The translations under genes and the position numbers were made by a program. Of a stretch of DNA of 64,000 bases, positions 1-9,685 are shown piece after piece (the first letter of the stretch is position 1; every line of letters starts with the position of its first letter). The stretch is taken from assembly GCA_034670305.1 (NCBI GenBank), contig JAXMNT010000019.1, positions 32,001-96,000 of the forward strand, given 5' to 3'. Source of the DNA: Deltaproteobacteria bacterium. Its GTDB lineage: Bacteria > Myxococcota_A > Polyangia > Polyangiales > Houyiibacteriaceae. The notes beneath the pieces were generated by a model. The model had not been told where the DNA came from and did not search any database. It worked only from the letters and a program-made list of their open reading frames with translations.

Positions 1-757
1 GGGTGACCTTGAACAAGGTGTCGCCGACAACGGCCAAGAGCGCCGGCAGCGAGACCAGTTTGAGCCAGGGCCAGTCACCGACCTCGTTGACGATCGCCGC
101 GAGCACCCAGGGCACGAGAAAGAGCAGCATCCAGGCGCTCATCGTCAGGGCGCGGCTCTTCGAGAGCGAGGAGATCCCCACCGACCCCACGGACACCGTC
201 GTCGCGATGATCACCGCGTGCAGAAATGCCGGCAGCATCAGTCCGAGCGACTCGAAACGCATCTCCGGCGTCGCGGTCCCGACCAGCAGAAGCGTGAGAA
301 GAAAGCCGGGCAGAAACAGGATCGAGAAGACCCAGATCGCCACCGCCATGATGCGGCCGAGCAGGTACTGCGTCGGGGTGACCGGCTTCGCGAAGTAGAA
401 CTGGAACGCGCGGTGGGTGAAGTCTTCGGAGATGGCGCTCGCCCCGGCGCCGAGCGAGATCATCAAGCCGAACAGCCACAACTGCCATCCGTAGAGGCTG
501 TGCAGCAGGTCGCCGCCGTCGAGGGGTTCGACGACGCCGCCGAGCCCGTTGTTCGACATGCTGTTGTTCGCCATGTAGTGGATGCCGATGTAGGCGCCCA
601 TGATCAGCGGCGGCACCCAGCACAGGAAGCCGGAGACCTTCACGAGCCAGGATCCCCACGCGCGGCCGAGGCCATGCCGCAACATCACCCAGGTGTTGTT
701 GGAGGGCGGCAGGCGCTTGCCCTCGTAGGGCCGATACCCGAGATCGCGAATCGGCAT
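1..757 (-). CDS. ABC-2 type transporter permease (3' end runs off the window)
   Basis: Hand translation from ATG 757: MPIRDLGYRPYEGKRLPP...AISEDFTHRAFQFYFAKPVTPTQYLLGR plus several TM helices; not in the ORF track because it has no stop in the window. Confidence 0.8.
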   Translation of the reverse strand, partial: MPIRDLGYRPYEGKRLPPSNNTWVMLRHGLGRAWGSWLVKVSGFLCWVPPLIMGAYIGIHYMANNSMSNNGLGGVVEPLDGGDLLHSLYGWQLWLFGLMISLGAGASAISEDFTHRAFQFYFAKPVTPTQYLLGRIMAVAIWVFSILFLPGFLLTLLLVGTATPEMRFESLGLMLPAFLHAVIIATTVSVGSVGISSLSKSRALTMSAWMLLFLVPWVLAAIVNEVGDWPWLKLVSLPALLAVVGDTLFKVT

Positions 758-816
758 CGCGCGGACCTTAGTCGGCTGCCCCGCGGTAGAGCAAGCGAAC
801 CGTTGGAGAGTGGTGC

Positions 817-1242
817 TCAGTTGAGCTGATACGGGTCGTCGGTGCCGGGCTCGGGCGCTCGCGTCGGCTGGGCCACCGGTGAGAGCGGCCCCGCTTGATG
901 GTGCACGAGCCGCCAGTGCCCATCCTCCATCGTGAAAACGTTCGTGGCGATGAGCCGCGGTGGTTTGCCTTCGTTGCCCTCGAGGCAGGTCACGAACGCC
1001 GACGTGCCGAGCACGTGTACCTCCACCGCCGAACACGCGATGCGGGGCGCGTGGGGGTGCCGCAGGATGCCGCGCCAGCTCCGGATGACTTCATCCCGCC
1101 CGACGATCGCCGGCATGCCCGGGTGCATGCACGCAACCGGTGCGCTCTCCGCCCAGACCCTCTCCATGGCGACGGCGTCGCGGTCGCGAAAGGCGCGGTA
1201 GAAAGCCTCGTTGCTACGGCGCAGATCGTCTTCGAGCGTCAT
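817..1242 (-). CDS. SnoaL-like / NTF2 family protein
   Basis: NEAFYRAF...CMHPG...GRDEVIRSW...ATNVF...WRLVHHQA. Confidence 0.85.
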   Translation of the reverse strand: MTLEDDLRRSNEAFYRAFRDRDAVAMERVWAESAPVACMHPGMPAIVGRDEVIRSWRGILRHPHAPRIACSAVEVHVLGTSAFVTCLEGNEGKPPRLIATNVFTMEDGHWRLVHHQAGPLSPVAQPTRAPEPGTDDPYQLN

Positions 1243-1254
1243 GCGGGCAAAGGG

Positions 1255-1704
1255 TCAGCCTCGACCCTCACGCTCGACGGTGTCCGAGACCTCGTGCCCG
1301 ACCGCGACCTCGACACCAGACTTCGTGCGTTGGCGCCGGTTCGCCAAGAGGGCCCGCGCGAGATCCCGCACTTCGCCGAGCCGGCAAGGCTTGGTTCGAA
1401 TCTCGGCGAACAGGGGCCGCTCGTGAGGGACCACGTCCTCGGGCGTGCCCGTCAGCAGGATGGCGGGCGGCGCGTCCACGCCACGTTCGACGAGCGCGGC
1501 TCGAACGACGTCCGCACCGGTGCCGTCCGGGAGTCGATAGTCCAGCACCATCAAGTCCACGTGGACGATGTGGGGCAATGCAGCGCGCACCGTCGCGGAG
1601 ACCCGGACATCGAACCCCGCCTTCGTGAGGAGCCGCAGGAGCAGCTGCCGCATCGAAGGCTCGTCTTCGACCACGAGAATGGTGGGCGTGGGTGGGCTTT
1701 CCAC
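1255..1704 (-). CDS. Single-domain response regulator (receiver)
   Basis: ILVVEDE, DLMVLDYRLPDGTG, LLTG, KP motifs; GTG 1704 chosen as likely start. Confidence 0.85.
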   Translation of the reverse strand: MESPPTPTILVVEDEPSMRQLLLRLLTKAGFDVRVSATVRAALPHIVHVDLMVLDYRLPDGTGADVVRAALVERGVDAPPAILLTGTPEDVVPHERPLFAEIRTKPCRLGEVRDLARALLANRRQRTKSGVEVAVGHEVSDTVEREGRG

Positions 1705-1823
1705 CCCGCGATATTGAACCTTCGCGGCGGTTCTGTCGAATGGCACCGCCACAAGACCCCCTTAGCCCCCTCGAAGGCGCGCCAAACCGCGTTTGGGGGC
1801 TGCGGAGCGGGGCAGGGATTGGC

Positions 1824-3284
1824 ATGCTCTCCGCCTTGCCGTCGGAAAACACCTCAGCCCGGGAACCTCGGGGGCCCGTCGAGCGTCCACCCTCCGTGCA
1901 GGAACCCGTGGCAGACGGCGCCGCTGCAGGCACTGGAGTCGGTGCGGCCGCGGCGACCGAAGGAGCATCCGGCGGCTGGAGAAGCCGTCTTCGGCGCGGC
2001 GCGCGTCGGGTCGCCGATTGGTTTCCGTGGACACCGCTCGGTCTCGGGCTCGCGGTCGCGGCGGCGGTGGCGCTGGTGCATTTCGCGTACGCGCGGCTGG
2101 ACCTGGTGCTGCTGGTGGTCGGCTACGGCGCCGCGGCACTCGCGATCCTGTCGAGCATCGCCGTCGTGCTCACCGCCCTCTGGATCGGGCGCGACCTGCG
2201 GCGCTTGCCCACCGAGCGGGTGGAGCTCGCCCTCGAGACGCACCAGCCGCGGCGCACCCGTTTCCAACTGCGTCGTCGCGCGTGGCTTCCGCTCGTTCGG
2301 GTGCGGTGGATGGCCGAATCACCGGCCGCCCTCGAGGTCCGTCCGCGACAAATCGACGGACTGCTTCGAGAGGACGTGACCGCACACCTCCGAGGACGAC
2401 GCACGCATCTGCGCCGACGCATCGTCGTCGAAGACGTGTTCGGGCTGGCCCGCCTCGGCCTGCGCCACACGAGCGAAGAGGTGACGACCACCCTCCCCCA
2501 CAAAGGCGCGCTCAAGCACCTGCCTTCGTTGCTCGCGACGAGCGGCGGCGACGACTGGCCGCATCCACTCGGGGTGGCCAACGGAGATCGGCTCGAACTT
2601 CGCCGGTACGCGCCGGGCGACCCGGCCCGCTTCATTCACTGGAAAGTGTTCGCGCGGACTCGGAAGCTCGTCGTGCGTCTGCCCGAACGCGCCCTCTCCC
2701 GCGCCCACCGGACGGTCGCCTACCTCGTCGCCGGAAGCGGTGACTCCGCTTCGGCCGCCGCCGCGCGGGTCGCCATCGAGTCGGCAGCGTTCGGAGACGA
2801 CTGGGCGTTCGGCGCAGATGGCGCGTCGCCAGGTCAGCCCGCGACCTCCGTGGCGGCTGCGCGGGAGATGATCGTGTCCTCGGTGGCCCACCGCGCCGCA
2901 GGGGCCGTTGGACTCGAACGATTCCTCGCCGCGGAAGAAACCCGAGGACCCGCATCCATCGTGCTCTTCGTGCCGCCGGAACCGGGCGCGTGGCTGCCTT
3001 TGGTCGTGCACGCGTGCAAACGGCGGCCGGGCCGGGTGCGCCTCGTGGTGGCGGTCGACGGACTCGCCGAACCCCGTCGCTGGCCTTGGTGGCGCTCGAT
3101 GTTCTCGCGCCCGCCCGCCGAGGAAGCCTCCTCGGCCACGGCGCTCGAAACCGTCCTCACCAGCCTCCACGCGACGCGGGGACCGGTGCTCGTGGTGGAT
3201 CGCCGCACCGGTCGCGCGCTCGGAGAAGCGCATCGGCGCGCGGTCACGGTCAAGCCGTCCCAGGCCAAGCGAGCGGCCGCATGA
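1824..3284 (+). CDS. DUF58 domain membrane protein (MoxR-associated)
   Basis: Two N-terminal TMs; DVFGL; LRRYAPGDPARFIHWKVFAR signature; start uncertain (1824 or GTG 1908). Confidence 0.85.
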   Translation: MLSALPSENTSAREPRGPVERPPSVQEPVADGAAAGTGVGAAAATEGASGGWRSRLRRGARRVADWFPWTPLGLGLAVAAAVALVHFAYARLDLVLLVVGYGAAALAILSSIAVVLTALWIGRDLRRLPTERVELALETHQPRRTRFQLRRRAWLPLVRVRWMAESPAALEVRPRQIDGLLREDVTAHLRGRRTHLRRRIVVEDVFGLARLGLRHTSEEVTTTLPHKGALKHLPSLLATSGGDDWPHPLGVANGDRLELRRYAPGDPARFIHWKVFARTRKLVVRLPERALSRAHRTVAYLVAGSGDSASAAAARVAIESAAFGDDWAFGADGASPGQPATSVAAAREMIVSSVAHRAAGAVGLERFLAAEETRGPASIVLFVPPEPGAWLPLVVHACKRRPGRVRLVVAVDGLAEPRRWPWWRSMFSRPPAEEASSATALETVLTSLHATRGPVLVVDRRTGRALGEAHRRAVTVKPSQAKRAAA

Positions 3285-5512
3285 GCGCGACCGAACCCGC
3301 AGAGCACCCGCGCACAGAGGCGCCCGAGCGTCCGCCCTCCACGTGGTTCTCGACTTCGTTGCGGGCGCTCGCCCATTTCATCGCGGGCGGGGTGTTCGCG
3401 TTTCCGCTCGCGGGCGGCGGCGCGGTGCTCTCTGCTGCGTTCGGCGGATTGTTCGGTGCAGCGATCGCCCCGCGCATCGCACGCACCCCACTCCGACTTC
3501 CCGCCATCGCGCTGATGGGTGCGTTGACGTTCGCGCTGGCGGTGGGCGCGCGCTGGTTCGCGGTCGACACGCTCTGGCTTGCGCCGAGCTTGGGCCCGGC
3601 GGCGGCGCTCCGCCTCGGCGACTCGCTCTCCTTCTTCATGGGCGTCAGCGCGGTGAGTCTGACGCTGCGCAGTTTCTCCCTGCGGCGCTCCGGCTTCGCG
3701 GCGCTCGAGGTCGGCGCGATCGGGCTCGCGTTCGCGCAGCTGGTGGTCGCGCACCGGCATGGCGCCATCAACCGCCCGTTCGAACTCGCCGACTCGATCA
3801 TCGCTGCCGGAGGGGATCCCACCCACTTCTTCCTTGGTGTCGGCGCGGTCGGCACCGCGGTGGTGGTCCTCTTGCTGCTTGGGGAGACCCACCCAGGTCG
3901 GGCGCTCCTGCATCTCGGCGCGGTGGCCCTGCTGCTCTTTCTGTTTCTCGGCGTCGGGGGCGCCATGAAACTCCCCGAACCGCCGCCGGGCGGCATGGGC
4001 CTCGGTCTGCGTCCCGAAGACGGTGAAGGCGAGGGCGATCCGCAGGAAGCCGAAGGCCAACCGCAGGACGGACAAGGGTCGGAATCCCAGGAGCCACAGA
4101 ACGACGACGAGCTCGAGTTTCGCGACGACCTCGACACCTCGAGCGACCGGGTCCCGGTGGCGGTCGTGCTCTTTCACGACGACTACCACGCGCCGACCGG
4201 CGTCTACTACCTACGCCAGGGCGCGTTCAGCCAGTACAACGGCCAGCGGCTGGTGACCGCCGTCGACGCGGCCTCCGACGACGACGTCGCGCGCGATTTC
4301 CCTGTGCGCCGGACCGACGTCGCGGGCGCCCCGGACCTCAATGCATTCCGGGCGTCGGTCGACACCACCGTGGCGCTCCTCGCAGACCACACCCGTCCGT
4401 TCGGGCTCGAGTCTCCGGTCACCTTCACCCCGGCGCGCAACCCAGACCCCAACCGGTTCCGGCGCGTGTACCGCGTGACCTCCGCGGTGCTCACCGCCGA
4501 CTTCGCTTCGATGGTCGATCGCGACGCAGGCAACGCCGACTGGTCGCCCGAAGACTGGGCCCACTACACCCGCGCCCCCGACGATCCACGGTACGCGGAC
4601 CTGGCCAACCGCATCGTGGCCGACGAGCTCCCCGAACATCTTCGCGAGAGCCCCGCGGCACGCATCGCCGCGATCACCAGTTGGCTCGGTCGCCGCGGCA
4701 CGTACTCGCTCCAGAGTCGGCACGCGTCGGCCGAAGATCCCACGGCCGATTTTCTCTTCGGCGACATCACTGGCTACTGCGTGCACTTTGCCCACGCGGC
4801 GACGTACCTGTTCCGCGCGAGCGGACTGCCCGCGCGCGTCGCCACCGGCTACGCGATCGAAGAGTCCAACCGAGCAGGCGGCTCCGCCCTGCTCGTCGCC
4901 GGCGATGCGTCGCATGCGTGGCCGGAGGTGTACATCGACGGAATCGGCTGGGTCATCGCCGATGTCTCCCCCGCCACCGTCATCTCGCCCCCGGGCCCGC
5001 CACCGGACGCCGACTTGCAGCGGCTGCTCGGAGAGCTCGCGCGCGGTTTGGAGAACGTGCCGCCGGAAGAAGACGACCCGCTCCCCGCATTCGTCGCGGC
5101 GGCGCGGGGCGCTGCGTGGTGGCTGCTCCTGGTCTCGCTGCCACTGGCCGTGCTCGCGTTCTTCCTGCTGTTCGGCGTGAAGATCTGGCGCCGGCTCGCG
5201 CCCGCGTTCGCGCCGCCGGCTGCCCGACCCCGGGTGGTCTACCGCGCGTCGCTGGACCGGCTCAGCGACCTCGCGATTCGAAGACGACGCGGAGAGAGCC
5301 GCGAAGCGTTCGCGCGAAGAGTTCGCGAGGTCGCACCCACCTTCGGTCCCCTGACCGCGGGACACGTGGGCGCGGCCTTTGGTAGCCGACGGCCGCCGAC
5401 CGAACTGGAGCGGCAAGCGGCGCAGATCCAGCGCGAACTCGAGCAGCGCTTTCCCTGGTGGCGTCGCGCGCTCGGTTGGCTCACCCCGTGGTCGTGGATG
5501 TTCTCGCGATGA
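3281..5512 (+). CDS. Membrane-bound transglutaminase-like protein (TgpA-like)
   Basis: ATGA overlap with DUF58 gene; N-terminal TM bundle; triad motifs GYCVHFA, HAWPEVY, GWVIAD; C-terminal TM. Confidence 0.88.
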   Translation: MSATEPAEHPRTEAPERPPSTWFSTSLRALAHFIAGGVFAFPLAGGGAVLSAAFGGLFGAAIAPRIARTPLRLPAIALMGALTFALAVGARWFAVDTLWLAPSLGPAAALRLGDSLSFFMGVSAVSLTLRSFSLRRSGFAALEVGAIGLAFAQLVVAHRHGAINRPFELADSIIAAGGDPTHFFLGVGAVGTAVVVLLLLGETHPGRALLHLGAVALLLFLFLGVGGAMKLPEPPPGGMGLGLRPEDGEGEGDPQEAEGQPQDGQGSESQEPQNDDELEFRDDLDTSSDRVPVAVVLFHDDYHAPTGVYYLRQGAFSQYNGQRLVTAVDAASDDDVARDFPVRRTDVAGAPDLNAFRASVDTTVALLADHTRPFGLESPVTFTPARNPDPNRFRRVYRVTSAVLTADFASMVDRDAGNADWSPEDWAHYTRAPDDPRYADLANRIVADELPEHLRESPAARIAAITSWLGRRGTYSLQSRHASAEDPTADFLFGDITGYCVHFAHAATYLFRASGLPARVATGYAIEESNRAGGSALLVAGDASHAWPEVYIDGIGWVIADVSPATVISPPGPPPDADLQRLLGELARGLENVPPEEDDPLPAFVAAARGAAWWLLLVSLPLAVLAFFLLFGVKIWRRLAPAFAPPAARPRVVYRASLDRLSDLAIRRRRGESREAFARRVREVAPTFGPLTAGHVGAAFGSRRPPTELERQAAQIQRELEQRFPWWRRALGWLTPWSWMFSR

Positions 5513-5573
5513 CTCACCGCACGGCCCGGGCCATGCACGTTGGATGCACGATGAAGATGGAACAGGATTGATC

Positions 5574-6617
5574 ATGGAAGCGATGCCACAAGAGTCCGAG
5601 ACCACCGACGGCCGTCCTGAGGGCGATGCATTGGAACAGGCGCACAGCGTGGTCACGCGCCTCTCGCACCGACTGCGCGCCGCCGTGCTCGGTCGAGAGG
5701 AAGTCATCGAACTCGTGTTGGTCGCGCTCATCGCCGACGGGCACGTCTTGCTCGAGGACTTTCCGGGCTCGGGCAAGACCACGCTGGCGCGCGCGCTCGG
5801 TTCGTCGATCGTGCAGGACCCGCCGCTGGTGATCGACGGAGTGACCATCGCGAGTTTCCGGCGCATCCAGTTCACGCCCGACCTGCTGCCGAGCGACATC
5901 ACCGGTACGAACGTGTTCGACCTCGAGGCCTCGCGGTTCGACTTCCGCCCTGGTCCGCTCTTCGCGCACATCGTGCTCGCGGATGAGATCAACCGAACCT
6001 CGCCAAAGGTGCAGTCGGCGATGCTCGAGGCGATGGGCGAGAAGCAGATCACCGCCGACGAGAAGACGCATCCGCTCGACGACTTCTTCTTCGTCATCGC
6101 GACCCAGAACCCCGTCGATCTCGCCGGAACGTACCCGCTGCCTACGCCGCAGCTCGATCGCTTCCTCTTCAAGATCCAGATGACCCACATCGAACGCGAC
6201 GCGGAGCTCGAGGTGCTCGACGCCTATCCGGTTCCGACCCTGAAACAGGCCGAAGCCCTCCCCGGTGCGACCCGCCAGGAAGTCATGGACGCCCGCGCCG
6301 CGGTGCGCGCCGAAGTCAACCTTGCGCCGATCGTGAAAGAAGCGCTGGTCGACACGGCACGCGCACTCCGATCCGACCCGCGCGTGCTCCAGGGCGCATC
6401 CACCCGGTCGCTCGTGCTCGCCATGCCCGCACTGCAAGCTCGGGCACTCATCCGAGGACGCGACTACGTCGGCCCGGAGGATCTTGAAGCGCTCGCACCG
6501 CGCATCTTCCCGCACCGTCTGGAGCTCGCGCCAGGCAGCGAAGACCCGATGGCGGTCGTGCGCGACGCCATGGCCCCGCAACTCGAACGGCTGGCGCGGG
6601 CGAGTTTGAAACGGTGA
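5574..6617 (+). CDS. MoxR family AAA+ ATPase
   Basis: GHVLLEDFPGSGKT, RIQFTPDLLPSDITG, LADEINR, ATQNP, QLDRF. Confidence 0.95.
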   Translation: MEAMPQESETTDGRPEGDALEQAHSVVTRLSHRLRAAVLGREEVIELVLVALIADGHVLLEDFPGSGKTTLARALGSSIVQDPPLVIDGVTIASFRRIQFTPDLLPSDITGTNVFDLEASRFDFRPGPLFAHIVLADEINRTSPKVQSAMLEAMGEKQITADEKTHPLDDFFFVIATQNPVDLAGTYPLPTPQLDRFLFKIQMTHIERDAELEVLDAYPVPTLKQAEALPGATRQEVMDARAAVRAEVNLAPIVKEALVDTARALRSDPRVLQGASTRSLVLAMPALQARALIRGRDYVGPEDLEALAPRIFPHRLELAPGSEDPMAVVRDAMAPQLERLARASLKR

Positions 6618-8728
6618 ACGGATCGGCGCGCGTCCTCTGTCTTGCGATCGCGACCGGGCTGGCGGCCGCCGCCTTCGGCGTTCGGGCCAGCGGCGAAGCG
6701 CAGGAGGCCACGGCCGAACCACTCGAAACGGACCCGCTCGGAGCCGACCGAAGCAGCCCCGACCAAGAGGCGCCGGCGAAAGCGCCCCGGCCCACGCCCC
6801 GTCCACCGCCGACGCCGATCGACGAAGCCGCGATCGCGGCGCTCGCGGTGCCCGAACCCGGCGCGCCGGGCACCCCCCAGGAGCTGCGCGCGTGGGCGCT
6901 GGTGCGCGCCGATCATCTGATCGAAGCGCGGGAGGCGGCAGAGACCGCACTGCAAGCCGATGCCACCTCGTACATCGCGCACTTCGTCCTCGGCTACGTC
7001 TACCACTACGCCGAGGCGAGTTTTCCGCGGGCCCTCTACCACGAGCGCGAAGCACTCCGGTTGTTCGTACGCCGGCACGACAACCCACCGCGTGAGGCGT
7101 GGCGGTGGCATGCCCGCATCTTGCGTGAGATGGCCGCCACCCAGGGCGACCTCGAAAACCACCGCGAGCGCCTCGCACTGATCGAGGAGTACAACGTCCT
7201 CTACGATCCAGACGTCGTCGCGGAGACGGCGTGGGCGCTGATGAAACTCGGGCGCTTCGACGATGCGCGCAGCGCCGCCCGTGCCGGGATCGAGACCGGC
7301 GACCCACGCCAACTCGAGATCTCGCTGAACGCGTTGTGCGCCGTGGAGTTCGAGGCGGGCAACGACTCGGCGAGCTACGACGCCTGTCGGCGCGCGCTCG
7401 ACCACGCCCGTGTCACGCCCGGCGAACCAAATGCCGTCGACCTCACCAACTTCGCCGAAGCCGCGCGCGCCGCGTTCCGACTCGCCGAAGCGGAAGAGGT
7501 CTTGCTCGAAGCCACCCGCGCCCCACCCGCGTGGTACGTCAACCCCTGGCTCGAGCTCGCCGAACTCTACACCCGCGGGGCGCGTTTTCCGGAGGCACTC
7601 GACGCGCTGCGGCGGGTGAATCCGTACCGGGCCCAGCGCCCGCCCCACGTGCGCGATTCCGATCTCAACGAAGGCCGTCGTGCCCTCGCGGCGTTCTTCC
7701 TCGTGGTGGGCCGCGCGGCGGACGCACTCGAGATCACCGACAAGGCGCTCGTCGCGCCCGATCGGCGGGGACACAACAGCCGTGATCCCGCGCAGGACCG
7801 CGCCATCATCGCGTTGCTCGACCGACGCGCTCGGCGTGTCGTCGCAGAGACCACGATCGAGCAGAGCAGTGCCCTCGGATTCACCACCCGCGCCATGGCG
7901 CACGCGGAGGCGTGGCGTGGGCGGTTCGAAGGATGGATGAGTGGCCGACAAGCGGTGCGGTTGCTGGCGGAGGAGGACCGGTTGATCGGCACCTGCAAGC
8001 TCGGCACTTCGAGCAGCGCCGTCACCCCGCCGTGGTTGCTCGGAGAGTTGGTTCAGATCGCGGGGGCCGGTGTGATGCTCGAAGCCCTGCGCCGCGCAGA
8101 TCGCCAGGATGAACGAGAAGGCGCCGCCCCGTACTACGACGCGGTCGCTGCCGAAGCGGCTCTGGTCCGCGGCGACGAAGCCCGCGCGGAGGAGCTCGCC
8201 ACCCGGGCGCGGGAAGGATTTGGCCCTGGAGAGGCCCTGCTCCAGGCGCGAACCGACGCGGTGCGCGCGGTCGCGATGGCGGCACAGACGGGGGTCGAAT
8301 CGGCCCTCCCAGCCTTCGAACGTGCGCTCGCGAAGGACCCAGGCGTGTTTCGGAGGCTAGAAATCGCACTACCCATTCGGGTGAGAGTCGAGGGGGACGA
8401 CTCCACGCGGGACGTCGCGGATGCCCTCTCCCGCTCCCCTCGGTTCGATGTTGGAGACGTGGGTCTCGAGCTGTCGGTGCGCGGTTCGGCGGCGTCGGTG
8501 GAGGTCTGTTTGCAAGGGGGTTCGGGCAACGCGCTCGGGTGCGTGACCCAAACCCCTCGCACCGACGAACCACTTGATATCTTTGTACAATCTGCCGTCA
8601 ACGCATTCCACGAGGCCATCTTCGCCCCCCGGATCGACCTGAGCCAGGGGGACATCCACGGGCTCGACGGAAGCAACCGAGTGGGGCGTGACGCGTTGGA
8701 AGATCTGCTGGGTCCAGGGGCCCACTAG
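6614..8728 (+). CDS. Secreted TPR-like helical repeat protein
   Basis: GTGA overlap with MoxR stop; signal-like N-terminus, Pro-rich linker, TPR-like repeats (AHFVLGYVYHY, WLELAELY). Confidence 0.7.
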   Translation: MNGSARVLCLAIATGLAAAAFGVRASGEAQEATAEPLETDPLGADRSSPDQEAPAKAPRPTPRPPPTPIDEAAIAALAVPEPGAPGTPQELRAWALVRADHLIEAREAAETALQADATSYIAHFVLGYVYHYAEASFPRALYHEREALRLFVRRHDNPPREAWRWHARILREMAATQGDLENHRERLALIEEYNVLYDPDVVAETAWALMKLGRFDDARSAARAGIETGDPRQLEISLNALCAVEFEAGNDSASYDACRRALDHARVTPGEPNAVDLTNFAEAARAAFRLAEAEEVLLEATRAPPAWYVNPWLELAELYTRGARFPEALDALRRVNPYRAQRPPHVRDSDLNEGRRALAAFFLVVGRAADALEITDKALVAPDRRGHNSRDPAQDRAIIALLDRRARRVVAETTIEQSSALGFTTRAMAHAEAWRGRFEGWMSGRQAVRLLAEEDRLIGTCKLGTSSSAVTPPWLLGELVQIAGAGVMLEALRRADRQDEREGAAPYYDAVAAEAALVRGDEARAEELATRAREGFGPGEALLQARTDAVRAVAMAAQTGVESALPAFERALAKDPGVFRRLEIALPIRVRVEGDDSTRDVADALSRSPRFDVGDVGLELSVRGSAASVEVCLQGGSGNALGCVTQTPRTDEPLDIFVQSAVNAFHEAIFAPRIDLSQGDIHGLDGSNRVGRDALEDLLGPGAH

Positions 8729-8854
8729 GACACTCTCCGGCACCTGTCCCCATCCGGGGGGTATACCACTTTGTTCTACCCCCAAGTCGGGCAGGCGCGG
8801 CCAATCGCCACGCCACCACTGGTTTTGGGGAGGCTTAGGGGTCAGTATGCAGAC

Positions 8855-9655
8855 ATGCCGAACGACAACTCATCCGCCGAGCTGGAACTTTCCGATGCTC
8901 CTGTTGAGACGTCGGGTGCTCAGACCAAGGACATCTCCGGGGTGCACGTCAGCTCCCGGCCGACATCCGCGGAGCAATGGCGGCTCCGTCTCACCGATCT
9001 CGGCGTGGATCTCGAAACCGACGTTGGAGAGCTCCTTCGGACCTTCGAACGGCTCGAGACCCGCAACCGCCTCCTCACCCGCCTCGTCGGGGCGTTTGGT
9101 GAGATCGTAGAACGCGTTCCACTCGGGTTGGGGATCGTCCTCAACCAAGAAATCTACGTGGCCAACACGCAGCTGAGGAACCTGCTGCACGACGACCCCG
9201 CCATCCATCGAGCACTCGAGGGCGGGCTGGAGGCCACCGACGCCCAGCTCGACCTCGAGCTTCAGGACGGCATCACCGACATCGCGCTCGGCCGCGTCGA
9301 ATACCTGTGTCTCTCGATCCCCCGCGACGGACTGCCGCCCCTCGGTGTCTGTCTCGTCGCGTGCGGCGACCAGATCGAGGGCGGAGGCGTCATCGTCGCG
9401 ATCGACGACGGCGTCCCGCGGGCGACCGACAAACTCGAGGCGTTCGAAACCCTTTACGATCTGACCCACGGCCAGGCCCGCGTCGCCGTGGAACTCGCGC
9501 TTGGCAAGAGCGCCCGACAGATCGCCGGCGAACTCGATCTCGGACTCGAGACGGTCCGCTCCCACATCAAGCACATCCTCGGCAAGCTCGGATGCAGCCG
9601 CCAGGTCGAAGTGGTCCGCCGCTTCGTGACCGGCCCCCTGCTCGTCCTCCGCTGA
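8855..9655 (+). CDS. LuxR-type HTH transcriptional regulator with N-terminal PAS-like segment
   Basis: LTHGQARVAVELALGKSARQIAGELDLGLETVRSHIKHILGKLG. Confidence 0.85.
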   Translation: MPNDNSSAELELSDAPVETSGAQTKDISGVHVSSRPTSAEQWRLRLTDLGVDLETDVGELLRTFERLETRNRLLTRLVGAFGEIVERVPLGLGIVLNQEIYVANTQLRNLLHDDPAIHRALEGGLEATDAQLDLELQDGITDIALGRVEYLCLSIPRDGLPPLGVCLVACGDQIEGGGVIVAIDDGVPRATDKLEAFETLYDLTHGQARVAVELALGKSARQIAGELDLGLETVRSHIKHILGKLGCSRQVEVVRRFVTGPLLVLR

Positions 9656-9685
9656 GCACGAATCGACTCGACGGGTCCCGCGCCG

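Noticed and set aside
1819-1834. Sigma54-like GG-N10-GC before the DUF58 gene (and at 5523-5536)
   Set aside because: Poor -12 or -24 context and no start codon at the 13-nt spacing; expected by chance at this GC content.
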